Source: Candidatus Poribacteria bacterium
Lineage (GTDB): Bacteria; Poribacteria; WGA-4E; PCPOR2b
Assembly: GCA_965215015.1 (NCBI GenBank)
Contig: OZ244042.1
Span: 3,328,001-3,392,000 of the forward strand
Direction of reading: 5' to 3'
DNA: 64,000 nt
Shown: piece by piece, positions 10,336 through 21,389 of the stretch
Layout of the letters: each line of letters starts with the position of its first letter
How positions within the stretch are numbered: position 1 is the first letter of the stretch
Notes under the pieces: generated by a model
Databases searched by the model: none
Seen by the model: the letters and a program-made list of their open reading frames with translations, nothing else
What the model was told of the DNA's origin: nothing
Program-made: the position numbers and the translations under genes

Positions 10336-11157
10336 ATGACCCAATCGGCATCAAGCAGTTTCGATAAACCGGAGAATTTTAGTTTAACTGAGGGCCAGAT
10401 TACGCAGTTCAAGCTCAACGGCTTCCTCGTGGTCGAAGAGGTCCTATCTCCGGAAGAGGTGGAAATCCTCTCTGCCCATACCGACCTAATAGCGGCCGGT
10501 AAGGCGGAAAATATTCCGGAAACGAGCATTCAACTTGAAGCGGCTTTCCGCGAGGGCTCGAAGCCTGTTACGAATCAGGTCTTATCGGTCCGCAAGCTAT
10601 ACAACCTAGCTGTCTACGACGAGGTGATGTGGACGCATGTCTGTAACCCCAAAATTGTGAACATTATAGCGGCACTATTGGGAACCGATGATATCAAGAT
10701 GTACGGAGATCAGCTATTCATGAAAGCACCGGAGGGAGTCGGCACAGCGCAGCGTTGGCACCAAGACTCTGCCTCATGGCGGGACATCTTCCCGAAAGAT
10801 TTGGTTACAGCATGGACAGCTATTGACCACGCAACGATGGATAACGGGTGCCTGAATTTTGTCCCCGGAACCCACCGCTGGGGCATGATGCGTGGCGAAC
10901 AGTTGGCACCGTTTCTGAAAGACTTAGGAACTGACCAATGGCCGATTATCCCTGTGCCGTTGAGATCGGGCAGCATTAGCTTCCACCACAGTCTCACGCT
11001 GCATCAAAGCAACGCTAACAAATCCAATACACGTCGTCGTGGCTACGCGGTACACTACATGCGCGCGACCTCCCGCCGGGATGAATCGGTGACTGATGCG
11101 CCGAAGATGCCTCCCTTCAAGCAGGTGCGCGGCCGTTCATGGCGGGGGCGCGTGTGA
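10336..11157 (+). CDS. Phytanoyl-CoA dioxygenase (PhyH) family Fe/2OG oxygenase
   Basis: WHQD (HxD)...H triad, NGCLxFVPGTH; ggagg RBS before ATG 10336. Confidence 0.85.
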   Translation: MTQSASSSFDKPENFSLTEGQITQFKLNGFLVVEEVLSPEEVEILSAHTDLIAAGKAENIPETSIQLEAAFREGSKPVTNQVLSVRKLYNLAVYDEVMWTHVCNPKIVNIIAALLGTDDIKMYGDQLFMKAPEGVGTAQRWHQDSASWRDIFPKDLVTAWTAIDHATMDNGCLNFVPGTHRWGMMRGEQLAPFLKDLGTDQWPIIPVPLRSGSISFHHSLTLHQSNANKSNTRRRGYAVHYMRATSRRDESVTDAPKMPPFKQVRGRSWRGRV

Positions 11158-11171
11158 GGACTGAAAACAAA

Positions 11172-12224
11172 ATGTCAAATCGGCAGCGACTCCTAACAAC
11201 TGTTTTTATCTTTTTTCTAAGCTGTATGTTTGTCCGTGAGGTTTCTGTGGCTCTAGCAAACACAGCACGTCTTATCTCCGCAACCCCATTGTCCCAAATC
11301 GCCGTTCAGTTGCGATTTGATCAGACCTTAGACCCACAATCAGCAGAGAATGTGTCAAACTACCGAATCGAGCCAGAGATTGGAATTGAATGGGCAACGC
11401 TCGATTCACGGATGGATATTGTACACCTGTACACCAATCCACTCGAAATTGACAAAAGATATACCCTGAGAATTGAGGGAATAACTGACGCAAATCAGGA
11501 AATCGCTATCACGCTGCCGGAAACGATGGAGATAACCTTCGGTGAAGGTCGAGAGGTGACATTCTCAGGGGTCTTGCGGGATACGACTCTGATCGTCCAT
11601 CCGCAAAAGAAGGAGAAAAACTACAACGCCGGTGGGGAAGGATTTTTGCTGTGTACGCCGATCGGGGGTGTTTTCTTTGTCGCTTTTGACATCATGGAGG
11701 TTTTTGAGGAAATCGGCATCATACGAGCGGCTAGCATCTTAGACGCGTCGATCAGCCTTTATGCAGAATCTGTCGGAAATAATGCTCCCCAGCAGATTAT
11801 TATTCGGCGTGTGTTGCTCCCTTGGCATGAGGGTGCACAAAAATCGCAGCCAGCGAAGGAGAATGAACTCACCTACAACAGTGCGATGCACCAAAATTTC
11901 CCGTGGAATAAACCGCCGGCACAAGCGATGTTGGAAGGTATCAACGGTGAGGCCGCAAGTGATTACAACGGTTCGGAGGATGTCGCATATCGAATCGATG
12001 GACTGGCAGAGATTGGAGCGGCTGAAATGCGATATATATGGAAGGGAATTCTGGTAACAGATGCCGTGCGTTTTTGGTTTACCAACCCCGATTATAGCTA
12101 CGGCTACCTGTTTGCTGTGCGAGATGGCACAGCATCGGTTCGTTTCTCTTCCAAAGAGCATCCCGATGAAACCCTCCGACCCATCCTAACAATCCGGTAT
12201 CGGACACAGGTAGAAAATAACTAA
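11172..12224 (+). CDS. Secreted protein, Ig-like domain + DNRLRE/disaggregatase-like domain
   Basis: Signal peptide; FDQTLDPQSAENVSNY Ig-like motif; C-terminal FSSKEHPDETLRPILTI. Confidence 0.55.
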   Translation: MSNRQRLLTTVFIFFLSCMFVREVSVALANTARLISATPLSQIAVQLRFDQTLDPQSAENVSNYRIEPEIGIEWATLDSRMDIVHLYTNPLEIDKRYTLRIEGITDANQEIAITLPETMEITFGEGREVTFSGVLRDTTLIVHPQKKEKNYNAGGEGFLLCTPIGGVFFVAFDIMEVFEEIGIIRAASILDASISLYAESVGNNAPQQIIIRRVLLPWHEGAQKSQPAKENELTYNSAMHQNFPWNKPPAQAMLEGINGEAASDYNGSEDVAYRIDGLAEIGAAEMRYIWKGILVTDAVRFWFTNPDYSYGYLFAVRDGTASVRFSSKEHPDETLRPILTIRYRTQVENN

Positions 12225-12246
12225 TAATGGGCCGGATGAAACATGG

Positions 12247-13566
12247 CTACGTTGTCAAATAAGACCTTATCCGAGCCAATGTCCGCTCGGATGCCCCCAA
12301 ATTTTCTTCGATGACCTGTTTTCCGATTTGTCCCATTTGGATCCGTTTTGCCTCATCAGGGAGCAGCGATGCAAGTGCTTCCATCATCTCTTGAGCATTA
12401 TTAACCAGCTGAGCCGCCCCTCGTGTCTTTAGGATACCTGCCTCATAGGCGTTATGAATCGTGGGACCGAATAGAATCGGTTTTGCCATCGCCGCTGGCT
12501 CCATCACATTGTGAACGCTCCCGTGGAAACTCCCCCCGACAAAAGCAACATCCCCCAACTTATAAAGTTGTGCCAACAAACCAACGGCATCAATCACAAT
12601 GACATCAATTCGGCTCAGATCGATGCCTTCCCGTAATTCTGAAAAACATATCTGTGAAATTCCCAGGCGGTCAAGCTGCGTCTGAATCTCGTCAATCCGT
12701 TCCGCGGTCGGTTCGTGGGGGACGAGGATTAAATGCGGCACGTTATCTTGAATCCTGATGCCATTGGGGGCGTATGATACGTCTTCACATAAGCGGCAGC
12801 AGACTTCAAGCACGACCCGTTCATCCTCCGGGTAAGTGCTTCCTGCAATCAGAATTGGGCGTTGTAAGGTCGATTGTCCCGGGAAGAATTCAGTCGTCCC
12901 ATTGACGGTGATTGCTCGTTGGTAGACGCGATCAAAGCGAGTATCTCCCGTTACCTCGATTTGCGCGGACAGCGGACAAATCATGCGAAACCGTTGTGCA
13001 TCGTCCTCCGAAATCACACAATGCACCGAAATGTATCGATGGACATCTCGGAAAAAGGAACGTGCAAAGAATCCTAACCGTCTGGACTTGGGGTGTAGTG
13101 TTCCCGCGATGAGCGCGACCGGGACCTTGTACTTAGCAGCACACCAAACCAGGTTGGGCCAGATATCAAACTTGGAGAAAACAAGAAGAGATGGCTTAAC
13201 AATTTGCAGGAGACGTTCTGCGTTTCGGGGGGTGTCCAATGGAAGGTAGATAGCAGCGTCGTGGTGGGGATATCTTGCTACGTTGGGGTGGACGGAGGGT
13301 GAGAAGTAAGTTAAGACAATACGCGCCTCATCTTTGAGACTTTCGATGAGCGGCTTGGCTTGCTCAAATTCCCCGACGGAGGTGAAATGAAACCACGCCG
13401 TTTGATTAAGTTCTCGTGCTGAACTCAATTGACTTTCGATTGAGTCGAAAACGCTTCGCCGCCCGGCAATCCCTTCACGAACTTTAGAATTAAACCGAGC
13501 GGCTGTGTAGAACCCAACGACTAACGCGGGGATTACAAGTATATTATAGAGCGTTTTCCAGAGCAT
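12247..13566 (-). CDS. waaA: 3-deoxy-D-manno-octulosonic acid (Kdo) transferase
   Basis: WFHFTSVGE, YLPLD, IWPN, AGST, VGGSF...HNVMEPA. Confidence 0.9.
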   Translation of the reverse strand: MLWKTLYNILVIPALVVGFYTAARFNSKVREGIAGRRSVFDSIESQLSSARELNQTAWFHFTSVGEFEQAKPLIESLKDEARIVLTYFSPSVHPNVARYPHHDAAIYLPLDTPRNAERLLQIVKPSLLVFSKFDIWPNLVWCAAKYKVPVALIAGTLHPKSRRLGFFARSFFRDVHRYISVHCVISEDDAQRFRMICPLSAQIEVTGDTRFDRVYQRAITVNGTTEFFPGQSTLQRPILIAGSTYPEDERVVLEVCCRLCEDVSYAPNGIRIQDNVPHLILVPHEPTAERIDEIQTQLDRLGISQICFSELREGIDLSRIDVIVIDAVGLLAQLYKLGDVAFVGGSFHGSVHNVMEPAAMAKPILFGPTIHNAYEAGILKTRGAAQLVNNAQEMMEALASLLPDEAKRIQMGQIGKQVIEENLGASERTLARIRSYLTT

Positions 13567-13697
13567 GGTATCCTAAAGCATAATGCGTCGCGCTATCAAC
13601 CTTGAGCTTAGACATCTATGTGAAACTCCCTGTGAGAGAAAGATGAACTTAGCGTGCGTAAGACGTAAAGTCTTTCGTGTTGTATGATACGGTATGT

Positions 13698-14024
13698 TTA
13701 TAGCGCAGAGAGGATTTTGTTTTTGAGTGTATCTTTTGGATGTGCACCGACAATCTGCTCTGCCACGTCTCCTTCCTTAATGACTAGAAGCGTTGGGATG
13801 CTACGAATGCCATACTTCATTGCAGTCTCTCGGTTGTCATCCACATTCAGCTTGCCTACCTTGAATTTGCCGACATACTCATCAGCAAGTTGTTCAAGAG
13901 TCGGGGCAATCATTTTGCACGGGCCGCACCATTCCGCCCAAAAATCGACAACAATTGGCGTCTCGGAATTCAAAACAGTTTCTTCAAAGTTGGCATCGGT
14001 GATTTCTAAAACATTCTCAGTCAT
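13698..14024 (-). CDS. trxA: Thioredoxin
   Basis: DFWAEWCGPCK, IRSIPTL. Confidence 0.97.
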   Translation of the reverse strand: MTENVLEITDANFEETVLNSETPIVVDFWAEWCGPCKMIAPTLEQLADEYVGKFKVGKLNVDDNRETAMKYGIRSIPTLLVIKEGDVAEQIVGAHPKDTLKNKILSAL

Positions 14025-14082
14025 GAGTGATCTCCTTATACGTGAAGTATCAGAATATTTTCATTACATTTTACATTATAAT

Positions 14083-14111
14083 ATGATACCCTACAAAAGT
14101 CAGCGTGTCAA
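14083..14111 (-). promoter_or_regulatory. Sigma70-type promoter for trxA
   Basis: TTGACA-N17-TATCAT on minus strand. Confidence 0.6.
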
Positions 14112-14120
14112 TCAATGATC

Positions 14121-14272
14121 GCTCATGTTAAGAAATCGTGCAACAGTCCCCGAGTTTTTTGTTGAAAACTCGGGGGCAAATACCAATGGTGTTGGACTCT
14201 GGTGTTTGGTGAATTGAGCCAAAACTGTTGCGCGATGTTCCGGGTATCTTTGTACTTTCTTTTTATATGAGC
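14121..14272. mobile_element. MITE-like element, copy 1 (~152 bp)
   Basis: Ends gctcatgttaagaaa / tttctttttatatgagc are imperfect inverted repeats; internal hairpin ccccgagtttt..aaaactcgggg; second copy at 27814-27967. Confidence 0.7.
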
Positions 14273-14281
14273 CTCAATGGT

Positions 14282-16088
14282 TTACGCTTCGTCCGGCATT
14301 GTCCGCAAATCGTCCACCGTCTTTTTGAGATTTTCAGCGGTTTCTTTTTTTAGGATAAAAACCGTATCCGGTGCATTCTGCAAGCGTCCGTAGTGGTGCT
14401 CATCATCAGCGAGTTTCCCGATTTCTAGTAGGTGCTCCGTTCGATCCTTCAGCGTGACAGCCAGTTGCATCTCCGGCACATCAAGCCCTGTTGTTGTTAT
14501 GGGGGGCGACACGGCTAAAAACACTTCGACTGTCAATTGGTTTATCTGATGGATGATGCTGCTGACCGCTCCGTTTTTCGCGTCCTCGTGTACCGGATGC
14601 GTGAGTCGCCAATTCGTTCCCTGCTTTTGACAGGTCAGATTGACTCCACCATACTTCAAGACAAATTTGACAGCGGCATCGCTGTCGAAATCAAGAATCT
14701 GTTTATCCCGTAGTTCTGCGACTCCCACTCTAACAAGATCGAGGAGGTTTTTCTTGACCAAAAAGACTGGTTCAGCGTTTTGGGCTTTGACATAAATGTT
14801 ATCCCCTTTCATCTTCCCCACAAGCAGGACAGCAGGTTCGGCGTCGGGCACCATGAACGCAGACTCAATCGAAGGCGAATCCAAACCATAAGGTTGAAGA
14901 TTCTTCGGTTGATCGTCTACGAATGCCACTGCCTTCAGCGCATCCACGCCAAATAGGAGGTCATCAACTGCCTCTTCATCTGCTTTCAGGGTAACTGGTG
15001 TTGTAATCTCCCATTCACCGTCCATATTTTTTTGACACACAATCTTGCTATCCCCTTGACGGATTGCAAACCGATGGGTGGCTGTGCGCTGGAAGTCAAT
15101 AACCCGCTTATCGCGGAGATCAAAAATGGTTTTGTTCAACTTCGTGTAGATCTCTTTATTGACCGCATAAACGGCATGGTGGTCGGAACGTGCAACGTAA
15201 ATCCGCCCGGGTGTTCCCGCATCGCTGCCAATTTGTAACTCTTGTATTGAGCCATCAGCCGTGGATTGGAATGCGACGGTAATCCTCGGTTGAGCAAGTC
15301 CGTAACTGGCAGGATTGTACTCACCATCCGCTTCAAAGAGGACCACCCTCAAGCTGCCAATTGCGGATACGATATCTTCAACTGCTCTAGGATCGGCTTT
15401 TGCCTTTACCGGTTGAATTATTTTCCATTCACCCGGTTCTCCCGTTGCATCGGGATTTGAAGCGACCTGCCTCTCGCAATGAATATCGGGTTGCCCGGCA
15501 ACCTGAAGATGGAGTGCTGCAACTTCAGCCGGTAAAAATTTGAAAACGCTCCGATCTCGAAAATCTGAAGGCGACTTTGTAAAATCATCAAGCGCACTCG
15601 ATTCAATCAGAAAGATATGGGATTCCGATTGCTCCTTTGTGTAGACAGAATAGTTGACGGTCTTATCACCGATAAGGAAGGTTTTGGCTGGATCTTTTCC
15701 CTCTGTCCACAATTCGATCCGGATATTGGGTGGCTGTAGTCCGTATTGCGCCAAATCTTCCGCTTCGATTGTCTGTTTGACCTGTTTTTCGAGTAGATCT
15801 TGCAGCATCTCATCAATCTTGTGTGGATTAGCCTCAGCAGTAAGGGGGGGCCGTCAATTGCCATATACTGTCAGCGTTTTTTGCCAATGTCAAAGATCGA
15901 TACGATTCGTCCTTGAACGACAAGCGAATCCGCCGAATCTCGTCTGTACTGAGTGCATAAACCTCGCGAATCTTCTGGGCATCTATCTTCGACTGCTCTG
16001 TATCGGGAGATGGACGCCCGAAAAAGAAATATACGCCGCCGAGTAGGATAAATATTGCAAGAATAATCAGTGTCGTTTTGAAATTCAT
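14282..16088 (-). pseudogene. DUF4340-domain protein, split by a +1 frameshift in a C7 tract
   Basis: N-terminus MNFKTTLIILAIF (RBS aggaggtg) stops after APPYC; removing one G of 15844-15850 gives ..APLTAEANPHKIDEMLQDLL.. and one 601-aa ORF with repeated YGLxxP / LRDK units. Confidence 0.75.
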
Positions 16089-16302
16089 ATAAATCACCTC
16101 CTGACTTACCTGTATACCAATTTGCCATCTGGGCCTTGACAAGCTACGTGTTCTCTTTTGGTTCTCTTTTGGTAGCTGGTGACAAATAACTCTCGTCCTT
16201 TTCACTCATTACTTCTCACACCTCACGCGAGACAACGGATGCAGCGTTGGTTCAACTTTTCAAGGGCTTAATGACTATATGAGTCTATCAGATTTACCGG
16301 CA

Positions 16303-17748
16303 CTATTTTACGACAATGACTGTGCCGGTATCGAAACTTTCACCCACTTGAATCTGGTAAACGTAAACGCCACTTTCGACGAGATTGCCAATTTCATCTT
16401 TGCCATCCCATTCCAAATCACGCGCACCCGGATTAGCAGATTTTAATTCCCTGATGAGAACACCATTGATGTTGAAAATGATAACACTAAACTCACCCTC
16501 AACCCCTTCAATGGCACGAGTGGGAAATACAACACGATTAAAATCGGGATTGTTCGAGAGTGGGGTAAATGGATTAGGAAAGGGTTTACCGAGGATGCGC
16601 AGGATTTGGGAAATCTGCTCCGATCGATGTCCTACTTCATCAACTGCTTCAATAGCGTAGGTAAAAACGCCGACCCCCAGTTTCCGCTCATCTAAAAACT
16701 CATTGACCCCCTCTATAGGAATTTCTACATTTTCCCCATTCCGGTTTCTTAGAGGCTTGAGTCGTGCGCCCAACCTACCGAAAAAGAGTCTATATTTGAC
16801 AACATCGGGGGTTGGGCTGCTAATCCAACTTAGGTTGATTATATCGTCAGATTCAACGACGGCCATGCTTCCGGGAGGTTGAGGTCGGGCGGTGTCCGGT
16901 AGGACTTCGACAGGGACAGATTCGGAACGTTTGGATCTCAGGAACGGTGTTTTATAGGATTCGATTGCGTAATCGTGCGTTCCCGGCTCGACGTTTACAT
17001 CTAGAAACCTTTCGGTATTCCGACTTGAATCAATTTCGACTTTGACATCGATGCGTGGTGCATTGTCGCGATAGATAAAGTAACCAACCACATCAGGATC
17101 ATCAGATTTCTCCCAAATGAGGATGACATCGTTTTCACCCTTCGCATCCGGTGTAGCCCTGAACCCTTCGACGGGGTCGGGGGGTACGTTGGAGATGATT
17201 TGCAGAGTAAAGTCGTCGTTATTCTGTTTGCCATCTGTATTACCTGGTTGGATAAATCCACCAATCGGTATATCTTCTAAGTTTCTGAGGCGCACTCTAA
17301 AAGTCACCTCTTCGGCAGTGGTGTCCGCTGTAGACGTGGGATTGGGCGTTTTGCTATCAAAGATAATCTCGTTGAGAGTATTTTCAAAATCTGTGATTGC
17401 CTCGTCTAAGCGAATACGCAGGCTATTCCCTATGGGTTCTGCAACTGCATCCACTTGCCAACCATCACGAGAAAAGGATTTGAAATTTGATGGCTCGACG
17501 CCGAATCCGGCTGGCAGTATGATTTCAATGGTTCTGATATCTTCATCAACCGCTCTGGCAAGTGAGCGATCAATCCGCAGCGTGACGATCAGCGTCACGG
17601 TTGAGCCTGCGGGAACAAGCCCCTGATCGTCGTCTTTAACGTTGATTTCGCCTATCGATGTAACCGCTGCGTGACCATTAGTTGCAAAACATACCACAAA
17701 AAATGCAATCAGTTCTACAAAGTGATAGCGTTGTTTTTTTTCGTTCAT
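16303..17748 (-). CDS. Secreted FN3-repeat protein with C-terminal FlgD-Ig / T9SS-like sorting domain
   Basis: Signal peptide; two FN3-like units (W..S.DPDVVGY.IYR); C-terminal PFPNPFTP...WDGKDEIGNLVESGVYVYQI. Confidence 0.7.
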   Translation of the reverse strand: MNEKKQRYHFVELIAFFVVCFATNGHAAVTSIGEINVKDDDQGLVPAGSTVTLIVTLRIDRSLARAVDEDIRTIEIILPAGFGVEPSNFKSFSRDGWQVDAVAEPIGNSLRIRLDEAITDFENTLNEIIFDSKTPNPTSTADTTAEEVTFRVRLRNLEDIPIGGFIQPGNTDGKQNNDDFTLQIISNVPPDPVEGFRATPDAKGENDVILIWEKSDDPDVVGYFIYRDNAPRIDVKVEIDSSRNTERFLDVNVEPGTHDYAIESYKTPFLRSKRSESVPVEVLPDTARPQPPGSMAVVESDDIINLSWISSPTPDVVKYRLFFGRLGARLKPLRNRNGENVEIPIEGVNEFLDERKLGVGVFTYAIEAVDEVGHRSEQISQILRILGKPFPNPFTPLSNNPDFNRVVFPTRAIEGVEGEFSVIIFNINGVLIRELKSANPGARDLEWDGKDEIGNLVESGVYVYQIQVGESFDTGTVIVVK

Positions 17749-18704
17749 TCAAACATAAGGTTCAGCGAAAACCGTTGAGTCGTGTTGTCCGCTAGAGGTC
17801 CTGTGACAATCTGAAAAGCGTAATCTAGTTGGATTTGAAGTGCAGCAACCGGTAGTTTCACACTGCCGCCGAGCGAAATACCAGTCACACGGTTGACACC
17901 ACTTCTTAACGAATAGCCAGCGCGGATACCAACCGCTCTGTTGAGCCACAGTTCTGCACCGGTGTGAATGTGTCGATCCCCATCTCGAAAGGCAATTTCA
18001 AAAAGACCGAGCCCTGACTTGAGCACTTCCCGTAGGGCTTCTTGCTGGGTAGTAGCAGCGATTGCAGTCAGTCGATATACCAAGCCGACACGGATGTTTT
18101 TCGGGACGGGGTCTTCCCCCAACTCGGAGACACTGATATCGGCAGGGAAAAGATTCTCGGCCGAGAGTCCAAGGGTTAAACCTGTCACCGGATTTGCCAT
18201 CATACCGAGGTCAAAGGAAATGTCAGCGGCGGAGGTACGGGCGAAAAACTGATGGTTGTTTTTGATATGTACACTAACAGATTCGTTATTTTCATCAAAA
18301 TGGGTGCTCAAGGATTTCAGGTTCAGGCCAATTGCGAACCTCTGTAAGAAGGTTTTCCCATAAGATAGGGTAATGGTTTGTTCTTTATAAACTTCCGAAT
18401 CTTCGGTTAGAACACCGATGCTTGCGCCGAACGAACCTGCAGATTGAAGCGGCACAACCCCACCGATATGGTTATAATTGATGAGTCCTCTGAACCGTTG
18501 GGCGGTTGTTAGGTTGACGTGAATTGTGTTAATATAGCCAAGTCCGGCGGCGTTGTAACTCGCCGCGTTGCCATCGTCAGCTAGTGCCACGAACGCGCCA
18601 CCCATTCCGAGCGGTCGTGCGCCTATACCAATATCATTAAATGCGGCAAAAGCACCTCCTGTACACAGGATCAGCAGTCCGATTGCACAGATGACGATTC
18701 GCAC
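17745..18704 (-). CDS. PorV/PorP-like outer-membrane beta-barrel protein
   Basis: GARPLGMGGAFVALADD...YNAAGL N-terminal motif, alternating beta-strand pattern, C-terminal ..RFSLNLMF. Confidence 0.7.
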   Translation of the reverse strand: MRIVICAIGLLILCTGGAFAAFNDIGIGARPLGMGGAFVALADDGNAASYNAAGLGYINTIHVNLTTAQRFRGLINYNHIGGVVPLQSAGSFGASIGVLTEDSEVYKEQTITLSYGKTFLQRFAIGLNLKSLSTHFDENNESVSVHIKNNHQFFARTSAADISFDLGMMANPVTGLTLGLSAENLFPADISVSELGEDPVPKNIRVGLVYRLTAIAATTQQEALREVLKSGLGLFEIAFRDGDRHIHTGAELWLNRAVGIRAGYSLRSGVNRVTGISLGGSVKLPVAALQIQLDYAFQIVTGPLADNTTQRFSLNLMFE

Positions 18705-18769
18705 CTTATTTCCACCCCTGTGATTTTTCGTTGCTAAATAGAGATAAATCCTTCGCTTTTTTAATACTT

Positions 18770-19021
18770 ATAGGACTTACGCGCTTTAGCTTATAGTGCC
18801 GCAATTCAATCCGCGTCACGACGGGCGATGAATCGCTCTACTACAAATCCTAATTCCTGTGTGTTGGAATAACACTTATCCCATGGAACACCCCCGATTG
18901 GGTGTAGGGAACAGCGATTGTTGTTACCTACGGGCTTGTTGATGGAGCCATTGCTGTAGTTGCTCAGTTCATTACTTACTAAGTGCTTACGCTGCGCGGA
19001 GCACGACAGCGTTTGACTACA
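18770..19021. repeat. Cluster of REP-like palindromes / MITE remnant
   Basis: gtagggaac-agcgat-tgtt-gttacctac (18904-18931), gggcgatgaatcgctctactac, taggacttacgc end motif (inverse at ~25407-25419). Confidence 0.5.
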
Positions 19022-19251
19022 AAAAAAGCAGGGCATCTACTTGAACACCCCGCCTCAAATCTGAAGGATCCTCAATACTCAAACGGGATAGCGTATGCTA
19101 CAGTGGTGGTTTTTGATTAAAAATTTCTCCATCGTGATGGTATCAAAAATCAAACCGGAAACTATTTTTACAGAGAGGACGTAACTCTTAGCATAAATAT
19201 CCTCGGTTACTCATAGTTTTCGTCAAGAACATCTTTACGATAGAGAGTCCT

Positions 19252-20400
19252 TTAATTATGTTTGATTTTCATGCCGGTGGCAACCATACGTCCCGCGCGC
19301 TCTGCAGCAGTTTCGATGAGTGCCGTTGCATTTTCAATTGCAGTTTCCAGAGACATCGGCTCAGGGACAATATCAATCATCGCGTCAATCCCTGCACCGT
19401 AAACACCACCAGAATCGTCAGCAATACTGCCAGCAATCGCAATCACAGGGATGTTATGCGTCTTTGCAACCTGAGCAACACCGACAGGCGTTTTACCGAA
19501 AACCGTTTGAAAATTAATCTGCCCTTCGCCCGTGATAACAAGATTTGCACCTATGAGCCGTTTGCCCAATCGGGTCGCCTCGGTGACGATTTCAATACCG
19601 GATTTTAGCGATGCGTTCAGGAAAGCCATCAAGCCGGCACCTAAACCGCCGGCGGCACCCGCGCCGGGGACGTTTCCCACAGATTTGCTGAGATCTCGCT
19701 GCAGAATCTCATCAAAATGTGCCAAGTTTGCGTCTAACATCTCAATCATTTCAGGAGTTGCGCCCTTTTGGGGCCCATAAACATGAGAGGCCCCTTGTCC
19801 ACCGGTCAATGGGTTATTGACGTCGCAAGCAACGACGGTTTCTGTTTCAGCAATGCGTGGATCCAATTCGGAGAGGTCAATTGAATTGAGTGCTGCCAGA
19901 TAGCTGCCTCCCGGCTTTATCTGTTCCCCATTTGCTGTGAGCAGCTTTGCACCAAGAGCTTGTGCCATTCCGGCACCGCCATCGTTTGTCGCACTGCCCC
20001 CGATGCCAATGATAAGCTTTTGACAACCCTGCGCTAGCGCGGCTTGGATGAGTTCTCCAGTGCCGTAAGTTGTTGTGACGCGTGGGTCGCGTTTATCAGG
20101 AGGAACGAGCGTCAAACCAGATGCCGCCGCCATTTCTATAACCGCTGTGAGACCATCGCCAAGCACTCCATATTGGGCATCAATTGGGTTGCCAATTGGA
20201 TCCAGCACCCGTGCAGTTAGGACTTCTCCGCCAGTTGCATCAACGAGGGATTGTACCGTGCCTTCACCGCCATCTGCCATTGGCACTTTTTCAATAACCA
20301 CCTCAGGAAACACATGGCGTAAGCCAGTCTCTATTGCTTCTGCTACCTCCAATGCGGTCAGGCTGCCTTTGAACGAATCAGGGGCAATAACGATTTTCAT
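19252..20400 (-). CDS. glxK: Glycerate kinase (GlxK/GarK family)
   Basis: MKIVIAPDSFKGSL, ADGGEGT, GGSATNDGGAG. Confidence 0.92.
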   Translation of the reverse strand: MKIVIAPDSFKGSLTALEVAEAIETGLRHVFPEVVIEKVPMADGGEGTVQSLVDATGGEVLTARVLDPIGNPIDAQYGVLGDGLTAVIEMAAASGLTLVPPDKRDPRVTTTYGTGELIQAALAQGCQKLIIGIGGSATNDGGAGMAQALGAKLLTANGEQIKPGGSYLAALNSIDLSELDPRIAETETVVACDVNNPLTGGQGASHVYGPQKGATPEMIEMLDANLAHFDEILQRDLSKSVGNVPGAGAAGGLGAGLMAFLNASLKSGIEIVTEATRLGKRLIGANLVITGEGQINFQTVFGKTPVGVAQVAKTHNIPVIAIAGSIADDSGGVYGAGIDAMIDIVPEPMSLETAIENATALIETAAERAGRMVATGMKIKHN

Positions 20401-20584
20401 TACTGAACTCCGGGCATAATGTGCAACGGAATATGGATCAATACACGCACTAACGGATTTATCCATAAACTTGTTTCCTTATTGTGTGAATTCATTGTTT
20501 TATCCTATCACGAGAGGCAAACCTTGTCAAGTGGAAGCACATTAGTGATTCCAAGAGTACAAACAAGAGATTTAAAGATACAAT

Positions 20585-21154
20585 ATGCAAACTATTAATA
20601 GAAATACAAACGCAAAACGCAGAAACACAATTTACTTTGATTTGGAAACACAAAAGTCCGCCCAAGAGGTTGGTGGCTGGTCACATATCGACCAGATGAA
20701 ACTTGCAGTCGCTGTGACGTTCAGCACCGCCGATCAGCGATATACAACCTTCCGAGAGTCCGATGTTGAGCTCCTAATAAATCAACTCACAAAAGCAGAC
20801 TGTATTGTTGGATTCAATCTCAAGGCTTTTGATTACCTTGTCCTCAGTCCATATACACCGGTCAACTTGTGGCAATTGCCAACTTTCGACATGTTGGAGC
20901 ACATCCGTCGTGCACTGGGATTTCGCGTCAGTCTCGATGCACTTGCAAAAGCGACGTTGGGGGAATCTAAATCAGCGGATGGGTTGCAGTCCGTGCGATG
21001 GTGGAAAGCAGGTAGGGCAAATCTGGTTGCGAAATATTGTCGTAAGGATGTCGAAATCACAAAGCGGCTGCATGAGTATGCCTGTCAAAATAAGCATCTT
21101 CTGTTTCGAGGGCGGGATGGTAGGATTCGGCGTGTGAATACAACAAGTTGGTGA
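20585..21154 (+). CDS. Stand-alone RNase H-like (DEDD, YprB-like) exonuclease-domain protein
   Basis: YFDLETQ, GFN..FD, YC..DV motifs. Confidence 0.7.
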   Translation: MQTINRNTNAKRRNTIYFDLETQKSAQEVGGWSHIDQMKLAVAVTFSTADQRYTTFRESDVELLINQLTKADCIVGFNLKAFDYLVLSPYTPVNLWQLPTFDMLEHIRRALGFRVSLDALAKATLGESKSADGLQSVRWWKAGRANLVAKYCRKDVEITKRLHEYACQNKHLLFRGRDGRIRRVNTTSW

Positions 21155-21317
21155 ATTGATGTAATGCGGTTCTTTGTTATCCCCGTTATTGCAAAATCTG
21201 AGGACGTTCAACACTTTGGATGACAGGGACGCGGCGGAGAGAACGTCAGGACTTCATCGTAGAAACCTCTTTTTTCCTAAATATTGCTATTATTGAAAAT
21301 CTGAACTCAGATTCTAT

Positions 21318-21346
21318 TTGACAAAATCGGTATTGTTACATATAAT
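21318..21346 (+). promoter_or_regulatory. Consensus sigma70 promoter
   Basis: TTGACA-N17-TATAAT, 43 bp before ATG 21390. Confidence 0.75.
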
Positions 21347-21389
21347 GTGAGGCGTATTCGATTGTGATCTGAAAGGGGGTGTAACCTAA

